Source: Terriglobia bacterium (GTDB taxonomy: Bacteria > Acidobacteriota > Terriglobia > 20CM-2-55-15). From it: 64,000 bases of DNA. The DNA lies in NCBI GenBank assembly GCA_965198225.1, contig CBDAOY010000006.1, positions 928,001 to 992,000 of the forward strand. The letters are read 5' to 3'. Position numbers and translations under genes: made by a program. Numbering within the stretch: position 1 is the stretch's first letter; every line of letters starts with the position of its first letter. The notes beneath the pieces were generated by a model. That model saw only the letters and a list, made by a program, of their open reading frames with translations. It was not told where the DNA came from and made no database searches. Shown piece after piece: positions 9,723-18,162 of this stretch.

Positions 9723-11381
9723 TCAGGGTCCGCCCTGAGTCCTTACTACACACGTGGAGGCCCGACAGTTGTCCGAGTTCTCCGAGCCCAGGGCCTCGAG
9801 AAAACCGACAGTCTCGGGATACTGCATGTTGTGCGCTCTCGGGCCGTTTGCCATGTCGGCGACGGTGTCCCCGGTTTCCTCCTCAACATCCAGGTCGCTG
9901 CGACCGGCGCCGCCGAAGACACTGCTGGCCCGGGCTTTGACGTCCGCACCCATGGCCATCAGATAGAGGATCACATCGTGGTCGATGGTGAGCGCGGCGC
10001 CATGCAGTGGTGTGTAGCCTTGATTGTCTCCCAGATTGGGATCCCCGCCGATTTCCTCCACGAGGTACTTCACGGCAGCCAACCGCTTGCCTGGCGCGAA
10101 GGCGGTGACCTGCGGTTCAAAGCCGAAACCCGCGGCGACCAACAGAGGCGTCGCTCCCCGCTTCGACGGGATGGTCGGATTGGCGCCGGCGGCGATCAGA
10201 AGCTTCATCGCAGGGACATCATTGGCTTTAGCAGCGAGCCAGAACGGGGTAGCGCCCGGCGGTCTTGCCCAGTCTCCATGTTCGGTGCGGTACCACGGTT
10301 TGTTGATCAGTCTCTGGTTGGGATTGGCTCCCGCCTCCAGGAGTGCACTCACCAGATCGAGATAGTTGGTCGCTTCCTGGTCGATGGTCGGGGCGGGATA
10401 CCATGTGCGCTCGGCCCATTGCGCGTCGATCGTCGCATACAGTGCCGCCTGGCCGTCGACGTTTGGCAGGTTGGGATTGGCGCCGGCTTCGAGGAGGAAG
10501 CTGCCGATGTCGAGGTGCCCGTTGGCGATGGCCGATGTCAGGACGCTCGTTCGATCCGCGACCGACACCTGGTCGATGTCGGCTTCGGCCTCCACCAGCT
10601 CTCGTACGGCGTCCATGTGACCCTGTCGCGCCGCAAAGTGCAGAGCGGTCATGCCCCCCATGGGTATTTCGTCGTGGTCCTCCTTGACAAGGATCCGGCC
10701 GTCCTCGGAGCGGTACCTGTCGTCCGACTTGATGACCTTGGTCACTCGCGTCACCGCGTCCAGGTCGGCGCCGCCCGCAGCGAGCGCCCGGATGACTTGC
10801 GCTCGACCCTGCGACGAGGCGAACATCAACGCTGTCTGCTCGTTAGTCGTGTCTTTGGCGTTCGCGTCCGCACCGCGATCGAGCAATACCCCCACAGCCT
10901 CCGGCTTGCCCGCGGCCGCGGCGTACATCAGCGTCGTCGTGCCGTTGGCGTCGGCGTAAGCCGGGTCGGTCCCGGCTTCCAGCAGAAGCGTGATCATGGC
11001 CGTGTTACCGTTCTTGGCGGCCATCACGATTGGAATGAGATCGCCCACACGGGTCGTGGCATCCACGTCTGCTCCCGCTTCGACCAGCAGGGTCGCCAGC
11101 TCCAGGTCGTCCCGGTATGCGGCCCAGTGCAGTGCGGTCGTGCCGTCGCCCTGGGGAGCGTTGACATCGGCCTGCTGATCGAGCAAGGTCCGCACGGACT
11201 CGGCATCGCCGTGCATGGCCGCATCCGCGATCGGCGAATCCACGGCGGAGGCCGACGCCAGGGTGGCCGCGAACAGAAAGACTAATCCGACAAAGGTGTA
11301 GGTGCGCTCTATAAGCGCACGTTGTTTCGTTTCGCGGGATGTGCGGTCATAGACCGCACCTACACGGCCTTCGCGTTTCAT
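9723..11381 (-). CDS. Exported ankyrin-repeat protein (cassette copy B)
   Basis: Ankyrin repeats; paralog of 2953..4701; ATG overlaps the upstream stop (ATGA). Confidence 0.9.
   Translation of the reverse strand: MKREGRVGAVYDRTSRETKQRALIERTYTFVGLVFLFAATLASASAVDSPIADAAMHGDAESVRTLLDQQADVNAPQGDGTTALHWAAYRDDLELATLLVEAGADVDATTRVGDLIPIVMAAKNGNTAMITLLLEAGTDPAYADANGTTTLMYAAAAGKPEAVGVLLDRGADANAKDTTNEQTALMFASSQGRAQVIRALAAGGADLDAVTRVTKVIKSDDRYRSEDGRILVKEDHDEIPMGGMTALHFAARQGHMDAVRELVEAEADIDQVSVADRTSVLTSAIANGHLDIGSFLLEAGANPNLPNVDGQAALYATIDAQWAERTWYPAPTIDQEATNYLDLVSALLEAGANPNQRLINKPWYRTEHGDWARPPGATPFWLAAKANDVPAMKLLIAAGANPTIPSKRGATPLLVAAGFGFEPQVTAFAPGKRLAAVKYLVEEIGGDPNLGDNQGYTPLHGAALTIDHDVILYLMAMGADVKARASSVFGGAGRSDLDVEEETGDTVADMANGPRAHNMQYPETVGFLEALGSENSDNCRASTCVVRTQGGP
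11296..11365. repeat. REPIN in-frame within the N-terminus of ankyrin gene B
   Basis: Differs from 4568-4637 at two positions; encodes VGAVYDRTSRETKQRALIERTYT. Confidence 0.88.
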
Positions 11382-12748
11382 ATCGAAAAAACTCCCGTGC
11401 TGTCGCCGAAGATTTCGTCACGCACGCCCAGCTTGTGCAGAACCGTCAGCAGGGCATTCGCCTGCGGGGTGTCGTCCCGAGCCCGGACGTGCAGGTTGCC
11501 CTGCACCCGACCTGATGCGTGACCGGCCAGGACAAAAGGAACCCGCTTGTGGCCGTGGACGTTGCTGTCGCCCATGGGGCTGCCGTAGAGGATCAGCGAG
11601 TGGTCCAGCAGGTTTCCGTCACCGTCTGGCGTGTTCCGCAGCCTGTCGAGGAAGTGGGTCAGCACATCGATGTGATGCCGGTTGATCAGGGCAAAGTCCT
11701 CGATCTGCTCCGGATCCTGCCGGTGATGCGACGCCGAGTGGAACGGCGCGCTCGTGCCGCTGTCCGGGTAGGTCCGCTGGCTCGTGTCGCGCCCCAGTTT
11801 CAGCGAAGCCGCTCGTGTCACGTCCACCGAAAAGGCTACTACCTGAAGGTCAAACATGAGTTTGACGTGGTCTTCCCATGAGTCGGGGACACCGACGGGA
11901 GCATTCGGCAGTTCTCGCTGGACGCCCGACGCGTTGTAGGCCTCGATTCTCTGGATGCGTCTCTCGATCTCCCGAACGTTGTCGAGATAGTCGTTCAGTC
12001 GATTGCGATCCACTGGATCCAACTCGTTCCGCACCCGGGCCACGGAGTTTGCGATGCGATCGAGGATGCTGCGATTGACCTCACGCCGCGCCGCCCGTTC
12101 CTCCGGAGAGCCGCCCGAGCCGAAGAGTTGTTCGAAAGCCAGGCGCGGGTCCGGGGTCATCGGCAGGGGAGTCGTGGGTGATGACCAGCTAAGCGTTTCC
12201 ATGTAGACGCAACTGTAGTGGTAGCCGCAGGCCCCGGTGGTTTCCTGGTTCTCGATGCTGAGCTGGATCGACGGTACGGGAGTGTCCTGGCCGAACCTCT
12301 GCGCATAGAGCTGGTCTACCGATGTCCCGCAGTAGACGTCGGAGCCCTCGGTCTGCTTGGGATGACCGGCAGTCAGGAAGACGGCACTGGAGCGGAAGTG
12401 GTCGGCTCCGACCTCCTCCGGTGTCAGGGGGTCCGCCTGGGCGCAGTCCGTGTTGCTGATGACGGTCGTGTAGTCTCGGAACGGCTCCAGGGGCTCGAGG
12501 ATCTTGCTCAATTCGAAATCCCGGCCCTCTTTCTCCGGAGCCCACAGGTGTTTCTCGGTCCCGTACATCGTGCTGCCCGCCGAGCCGTGAACGATCTCGA
12601 TGCCGGCAAAGCGCGGGCGCGGTGCGGCTGCCGTCTGCCGGATCGGGGTCTGGGCCGGAACCATGGATTCCAGAAAAGGCAGCGCGACGGCCGCTCCCAT
12701 GCCTCGAAGAACAGTTCGTCTTGAAATGTGTTTCTTTGTGATGAACAT
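11378..12748 (-). CDS. DUF1552 domain protein (copy B)
   Basis: Close paralog of 4873..6243; MFITKKHISRRTVL start preceded by AGGAG. Confidence 0.85.
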   Translation of the reverse strand: MFITKKHISRRTVLRGMGAAVALPFLESMVPAQTPIRQTAAAPRPRFAGIEIVHGSAGSTMYGTEKHLWAPEKEGRDFELSKILEPLEPFRDYTTVISNTDCAQADPLTPEEVGADHFRSSAVFLTAGHPKQTEGSDVYCGTSVDQLYAQRFGQDTPVPSIQLSIENQETTGACGYHYSCVYMETLSWSSPTTPLPMTPDPRLAFEQLFGSGGSPEERAARREVNRSILDRIANSVARVRNELDPVDRNRLNDYLDNVREIERRIQRIEAYNASGVQRELPNAPVGVPDSWEDHVKLMFDLQVVAFSVDVTRAASLKLGRDTSQRTYPDSGTSAPFHSASHHRQDPEQIEDFALINRHHIDVLTHFLDRLRNTPDGDGNLLDHSLILYGSPMGDSNVHGHKRVPFVLAGHASGRVQGNLHVRARDDTPQANALLTVLHKLGVRDEIFGDSTGVFSI

Positions 12749-12802
12749 GGATCCGACTCTCCTTTTCTTCCCCAAAGCTCAGGAAACTCGCGAAGCTCGA
12801 TC

Positions 12803-15244
12803 CTACTTGCCGGCCTCCGTGGACGCCTGTCTGAATTGTCGCATCTGGAACGGGGCGCTCTTCACGACATTCATGATGAATGCCGAGAAAAGGTCCCCGT
12901 CATCGGCTGCCGCCCGTACGATTGTGCGAACCGTGGGCATATCCCTGTGATCCAACACCCTGCCGAGAGCGTACGCCAGCAGGTTTTGAGCAAAGCTGCC
13001 CAGAAACGCATCGGAACGCTTTACGATTGCCTGCCGCAGGCTGTTCGGTCCGTCCAGCTTCGTTCCGTCGTACATCTCGGCGGCCGGATCGATCAGGGAA
13101 CCTCCGTCGTTGGGACGCCAACGCCCGACCGCGTCGAAATTCTCCATCGTCAGTCCGATCGGGTCCATGATCTGGTGGCAGGCGTTGCATACGGGGTTTT
13201 CCCGATGCTCCATCATGCGCTCGCGCACCGTCGACACCACATCGTTGTCGCCCGCTTCCTTGAAGGGCGGTACGACCGGAGGAGGCAGTGGTGGAGGCGA
13301 TCCGACCAGGACTTCCAGTACGTACTTGCCGCGTGAGACGGGCGACGTGCGGTTCGCTTGCGAAGTCACGGTCAATACGGCGCCTTTTCCCAGCAGTCCG
13401 AAACGGTTCGGATCGTCGAGCACAACACGGCGGAATCGGTTTCCGAGGATGTTTGGAATTCCGTAATGCCTGGCCAGTGCCTCGTCGACGAACGTGTAAT
13501 CTGCCGTAAGCAAATCGAGAACGCTTCGATCCTCGCGAACGATGCTGTCGAAGAGCAACTCGACTTCACGCTGCATCGACCGTCCCAGATTGCTCGTGTA
13601 CTCGGGGAACAGGACGCCCTCCGGGTGCACGTCATGCATGCCTGTCAGGCGCAGCCATTGCATTGCGAAGTTCGTCGCAAGCGTCTCCGACCGTGGTCCA
13701 CCGAGCATGCGCCGGACCTGCTGTTCGAGGACACCCTCTTCACGCAGTCGACCCTGGTTCGCGATCTCGATGAGTTCGGCGTCGGGCGCCGAGCTCCATA
13801 GGAAGTAGGACAACCGCGAAGCGAGCTCGAGGTCGCTGACCCGGTAGCTTTCTCCAGGCCCGATGCCGGCGGGAACGCGCTCGAATCGGAATACGAAGTC
13901 CGGCATTGCGATCAGCGTCTGCACCGCGGTTCGGATTCCATTCTCGAAATCGCCCTTCGAGCGGCCCAGTTCGTACATCTGCAGCAGCCCTTCGAGGTCT
14001 TCCGGAGTGGCCGGTCTTCGGAATGCCCGGGTCGCCAGATCCGTGATGATGTTCTGCGCGCAGGCTGCCTCTTCGCTCGCATCGTTCGGATAGCAGCTGA
14101 AGATCTTGCGGCGGCTGGCGGTTTCGGACACGCCGGTGACTTTCAAAGGACCCGTGACCGTCATGGTTCTCACGTGAGGCAGCATCGTATTCGGGCTGAT
14201 CAGGCCCCAATCGACATTCACCAGCGTCTGTTCCCACAGCACGAACTGGTCCTCGACGGGACCTTCGAATTTCGAGGGGAAAGCAGCCGCAACTCGGTGT
14301 GCCCCCGCTTTGACCGGAACCGGTCCGGTGTCCATGATCCCGTCCCCGAGTTCGTCAAACAGCGGATGGATAGTGAACAGACCGACCCGCTCGCCGTCAA
14401 CGGAAACCTCGAGCTGCTGGCCCTGCAACGATTCCGGAAGATCCCTGCCGACAAGCTCCCCCATCGTGACGTACCAGAGTTGTATGTGGAAGGAGTACTC
14501 GCCGTCGGCCGGAAAGTTGTGAATGACGGACGTTCCACCGCGGGTTCCGAACGGCGCACCCTCGATGTGCCGCATCTGGTTGACGACTTTTGGGACGTCG
14601 TACTGCGTCATGATCGGGCCGGCTTCGGGGTCGCCGACCGCCAGACGTGCGATCGTCTCGGCGGCTCGAACATAGGCCTGCATGAGGCCCGGCGTGACCG
14701 TCAGAGCTTCAGACATGTTGTCGAAACCGCCGGTCTTGGAGTCGGGCGGCAGCAGCGTCGAAGCGTCAACGTCCACGCCAAGAAGGTCGCGGATCGAGTT
14801 GCGGTATTCCTTGCGGTTGACGCGGTGGAGATCGGGTGCATCGACATGGGGGCTGGCGGCAACACTCTGATCGATTCGGTCGGCCAATACATCGGCCAAT
14901 GCTTCGAGTGCCTCCTCATCCGGGCGCGGCGCACCGAAAGGAGGCATCATGCCGGCTTTCAGTTTGCGTATGATTTTTTCAGCCTGCTCAGCGTTCTGCG
15001 CCGGGTGTGCCACATCGACTTCCGACCAGGAAAAGCCGCCCTCGATCAAAGCATCGTTGTGACAGTAGGCACAGTATTCGTTCACGAGTGCCCGCTGCGA
15101 CTCTACATCGGATGGATCGTTGCTCGCCTGGCCGTAAGCCGGCGTAACCAAATCGGGGGTGCCGAGCCCCACGGCCATGAAACCGGACAGGACCAGCCAT
15201 CTATACACTGACATTATTCCCATGAAAGCCTTTGTTCTTACCAA
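12803..15244 (-). CDS. DUF1592-family planctomycete-type cytochrome c protein (copy B)
   Basis: CAYCH, CNACH; paralog of 6304..8718; start uncertain. Confidence 0.85.
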   Translation of the reverse strand: MVRTKAFMGIMSVYRWLVLSGFMAVGLGTPDLVTPAYGQASNDPSDVESQRALVNEYCAYCHNDALIEGGFSWSEVDVAHPAQNAEQAEKIIRKLKAGMMPPFGAPRPDEEALEALADVLADRIDQSVAASPHVDAPDLHRVNRKEYRNSIRDLLGVDVDASTLLPPDSKTGGFDNMSEALTVTPGLMQAYVRAAETIARLAVGDPEAGPIMTQYDVPKVVNQMRHIEGAPFGTRGGTSVIHNFPADGEYSFHIQLWYVTMGELVGRDLPESLQGQQLEVSVDGERVGLFTIHPLFDELGDGIMDTGPVPVKAGAHRVAAAFPSKFEGPVEDQFVLWEQTLVNVDWGLISPNTMLPHVRTMTVTGPLKVTGVSETASRRKIFSCYPNDASEEAACAQNIITDLATRAFRRPATPEDLEGLLQMYELGRSKGDFENGIRTAVQTLIAMPDFVFRFERVPAGIGPGESYRVSDLELASRLSYFLWSSAPDAELIEIANQGRLREEGVLEQQVRRMLGGPRSETLATNFAMQWLRLTGMHDVHPEGVLFPEYTSNLGRSMQREVELLFDSIVREDRSVLDLLTADYTFVDEALARHYGIPNILGNRFRRVVLDDPNRFGLLGKGAVLTVTSQANRTSPVSRGKYVLEVLVGSPPPLPPPVVPPFKEAGDNDVVSTVRERMMEHRENPVCNACHQIMDPIGLTMENFDAVGRWRPNDGGSLIDPAAEMYDGTKLDGPNSLRQAIVKRSDAFLGSFAQNLLAYALGRVLDHRDMPTVRTIVRAAADDGDLFSAFIMNVVKSAPFQMRQFRQASTEAGK

Positions 15245-15409
15245 ACCTGCAAGCTATGAGCCGGGAGCCCGTTCCGTAACACACCCAAGACCTGCCCTGC
15301 CGCAGGTTCGTAAATGATTCCACCAGAGAAAGTTACAGCTCTCCAGTAGAGTAGGCTAAAAGGGTCCCGGCGAGATGTCAATCGGTTTCAATAGTGACTT
15401 CGTCAGACC

Positions 15410-15445
15410 AACAAAGAAGGGTCACCGTTCGGTGACCCTCCTTGT
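15410..15445 (-). terminator. Rho-independent terminator-like hairpin
   Basis: agggtcacc-gttc-ggtgaccct stem, followed on the minus strand by TCTTTGTT, ~45 bp after the stop at 15484. Confidence 0.6.
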
Positions 15446-15483
15446 TCGTTTGGCGGAGTTTGACTCCGATAGCGAGTGTTGAG

Positions 15484-16221
15484 CTAGCCGGCGACGGCCG
15501 CCCGAGTTTTCTTGGGCTCCTCAGCGGCGGGCTGCGCATTGCCTGGCGCCTCGGCCGACTGCTCCTCTGCGGCGTCCAGCTCCGTCGCAAGGCGCTCCAC
15601 CTGTTCGACCGTCTTTAAGTCGTCTTCAAGTTTTGTGATCCTGCTTTGATGCGCGCTGATCGCGCTCTTGATCTTGCTCTTGAGTGCTTGAGTATCGATT
15701 CCCATAGAAGGCTCCTTAGAGAAAATTACAGGTTTGCTCTTGCTGCTCGCATCGGGGCCTCGGAGGCCCGTCCTGACGCCCAATGAACTGGAGCTGTCAC
15801 GCTGTTCACTTTCGCTCGAGGCTGGGCTGTTGGGCTGCTCCTTGATCTTGCCGGTGCCGCTGGAGCTTGCGCTCTGCTCTGTGGTGTCGCCCGCGGGACT
15901 CGGGCGCGCCGGTTGCCGGTTGCTGAAGCTCGCGAGTCCGGGGCCGCCAAGCTGCCCGCTCTCGCTCGAAGAGCCGGGGCGACCAAGCTGATTCTTCAGC
16001 TGGAGCAACACCGCACCGGCCACTGTCGCAGCCGCGAGGAAAAGTATGGCGGGCCCGGTCGCCGAGTTGAGCGACGTGCCAAGGAAGGTGACTTCAGTCG
16101 AACCTCGGGAGCCCAGGTAGGTCAGCCAGGCTCCGCCCACAGAGAACAGGAAGCCCAGGAGATATGCGCCGATAACGATCAGCCGGCGAGGGGCGATCGT
16201 TTCGCCGATTGGTTTGGCCAT
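15484..16221 (-). CDS. Hypothetical: 2 TM segments, Ser/Pro-rich linker, C-terminal coiled coil (internal start at 15705 likely)
   Basis: Hydrophobic N-terminus; strong SD TAAGGAG upstream of internal ATG 15705 (MGIDTQALKSKIK...). Confidence 0.5.
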   Translation of the reverse strand: MAKPIGETIAPRRLIVIGAYLLGFLFSVGGAWLTYLGSRGSTEVTFLGTSLNSATGPAILFLAAATVAGAVLLQLKNQLGRPGSSSESGQLGGPGLASFSNRQPARPSPAGDTTEQSASSSGTGKIKEQPNSPASSESEQRDSSSSLGVRTGLRGPDASSKSKPVIFSKEPSMGIDTQALKSKIKSAISAHQSRITKLEDDLKTVEQVERLATELDAAEEQSAEAPGNAQPAAEEPKKTRAAVAG

Positions 16222-16318
16222 GTTCTGTCCCGGTCAGTGATGGTCTTATGCCCTCAAACACGGGGAGAGGCTCGCGAAGCTCCCCTATCCGGGCTAGTCC
16301 CATCACAACCGCAGGTCC

Positions 16319-16392
16319 GCAAATATTACCGGATTCTCGTAAGGCGTGCAAATAATGCGCGAATTCGACTAATATTCGCAAATAATGCGCGA
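16319..16392. promoter_or_regulatory. Direct-repeat operator-like site
   Basis: GCAAATAATGCGCGA at 16348 and 16378, degenerate GCAAATATTAC at 16319, in AT-rich DNA upstream of 16221. Confidence 0.45.
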
Positions 16393-16510
16393 CAGTGGGT
16401 TGATGCATGGCCATTTTGAGGCATTTTGCGTAGCGAATGACGTCGCGGTTCAGAGAACTGCTAACCGCGTTGACGTGAAGTTGAGTGAGCTTGAGATCTG
16501 GTCTAGCTCA

Positions 16511-17272
16511 TCATTCGACCGGGATGCCAACCTTGCCGGGACCCGGGCCGGGTTCCGGCCCGTATCGCACCACTCCGTCGGGGCCAACATAGAAGCCATA
16601 CCGGCCTACATTGGGTAACGGTATCGCCGCCGCAACGTAGCCGTTGAGGGCGTCGAAGGAGTCATCGCTGCGAGCCTCGGTAAGTGTGATTTCGAAGCGA
16701 TACCCGCGAAGAATACGCTCGCCGAAGCGCGGATCGAGGAACCCCGCGTCGATCAATTCCTGGATATCACCATAATGGCGGTCCCCCCGCATCATATAAG
16801 TAACCTCGGCGGCGTTGATTGCTCTGAGCAACGCCACGACACTTTGCTCGGCCCCTGGTCCGGGTCGAAGATAGCCAGGGGGGACAATGGACGAGAAGTT
16901 GACGACGATGGAAACAGGGAGTAGCACGGACGCCGCTCCGAGAGCGGTTCCGCCTGCGCTTCGCCCCTTGACGCCGTAAACGATGGCAATGCCACCGCCT
17001 GCCAGGGACCCAAGCAGCGACAGCCAGAGCAGTGTCTGCTCGAGCAATATCGAGTCGATGCCACCGCTGATTCGGGCCTCGACAACGAAGACGAATCCGA
17101 TCAGGACTGCGATCGCGACGGGAATGGTTAGCAATCCGACGAGTCGGCTCCGCCGTCGCCACCGAAGTTGTCTCGCGTCCTCGTCAGAGCGGTTCAGCCT
17201 CCGCTGTATGGCCATGGCGTCAAGCCTTGATAAATCTCGTACGGGCCCAGGCGTGTGCCTTGCTGGCGACAC
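16511..17272 (-). CDS. Membrane protein with C-terminal pilin-like domain
   Basis: Three TM helices, then EQSVVALLRAINAAEVTY...GYRFEI...GFYVGPDGVVRY resembling acidobacterial pilin-like domains. Confidence 0.6.
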   Translation of the reverse strand: MSPARHTPGPVRDLSRLDAMAIQRRLNRSDEDARQLRWRRRSRLVGLLTIPVAIAVLIGFVFVVEARISGGIDSILLEQTLLWLSLLGSLAGGGIAIVYGVKGRSAGGTALGAASVLLPVSIVVNFSSIVPPGYLRPGPGAEQSVVALLRAINAAEVTYMMRGDRHYGDIQELIDAGFLDPRFGERILRGYRFEITLTEARSDDSFDALNGYVAAAIPLPNVGRYGFYVGPDGVVRYGPEPGPGPGKVGIPVE

Positions 17273-17365
17273 CGACTGCCTCCTGAGGACGTACGGTCAC
17301 ACGACCATCCTTGTCCAAAACAGCCTTTCGAGGGGAGAGAATTCGGGAGGGGCGGATCTGGGGAG

Positions 17366-17436
17366 GTGTAGGTGCGGGTCTATGACCGCACATTCTTCGA
17401 GCCGAAACGATGTGCGCTCACAGAGCGCACCTACAC
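17366..17436. repeat. REPIN
   Basis: gtgtaggtgcgggtctatgaccgcac...gtgcgctcacagagcgcacctacac. Confidence 0.8.
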
Positions 17437-17631
17437 CCGATCCTGAAGTTTCGCTCTCTCACATCCGAGACCTCTTCACCGGCCCGCCGCTGGCCCACTG
17501 ATTCGACCTCACTCAAACAAAGAGTCCAGCTTGGGGCGGCCTTCCAACAAACCCGAGAGGATTTCCAAAACGCCGGGGCCTCGGGGTGTTACTCTTGCCC
17601 CGATTTCCTAATCCGTCCGGACGTCCTAGTC

Positions 17632-18126
17632 ATGAAGGTTGATCGAAGATCGTGTGCACTAGTTTCCCTCTTACTGCTGTGGGCCGGCATGACTCTCTCC
17701 GGTCGGCCCGAAGCCCATCCCGAGAAATATCGGGACGCCGGGTTCCAGCGGATAGAACAATTGGAAAGGCGCTTGACGGATTACCTGAACGGGCGCGTGC
17801 TCGTGTTTCGAAAGGCCGGTCTCGAAGGCGCCCGGCTCGAATTCGACCGATCCGGTCGGCCGAAGGGATCACTCTCTGAGGGGGGAGACCGACGCGCGAT
17901 TCGATTCCTCGAACTCCGGATACTCGAGGGACGCATGATCTTGCGCGCCGAGGAAGTCTGGCCCGAGATCCGGGACGGAAAGAGGATCTATGTCAGGAGA
18001 GGAGAAGTGATCCCCGTGGTGCGTTCGATCGCGGAGCTTCCTGAAGACGCCACTTTCTTGTCGGTCATCTCGCTTCTGGCACGGATCTTCCTGACCGCCG
18101 ACGAACTGGACGTACCCGGCTCGTAG
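17632..18126 (+). CDS. Hypothetical exported protein
   Basis: ATG 17632, signal-peptide-like LVSLLLLWAG; directly precedes the 18163 gene. Confidence 0.5.
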   Translation: MKVDRRSCALVSLLLLWAGMTLSGRPEAHPEKYRDAGFQRIEQLERRLTDYLNGRVLVFRKAGLEGARLEFDRSGRPKGSLSEGGDRRAIRFLELRILEGRMILRAEEVWPEIRDGKRIYVRRGEVIPVVRSIAELPEDATFLSVISLLARIFLTADELDVPGS

Positions 18127-18162
18127 AAACCGAATCCTGATCCCTGGAAAGGACGAAAAAAG

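Noticed and set aside
17410-17631. REPIN-encoded N-terminal extension of the 17632 ORF
   Set aside because: The GTG start lies inside the REP with no RBS; ATG 17632 directly precedes the signal peptide.
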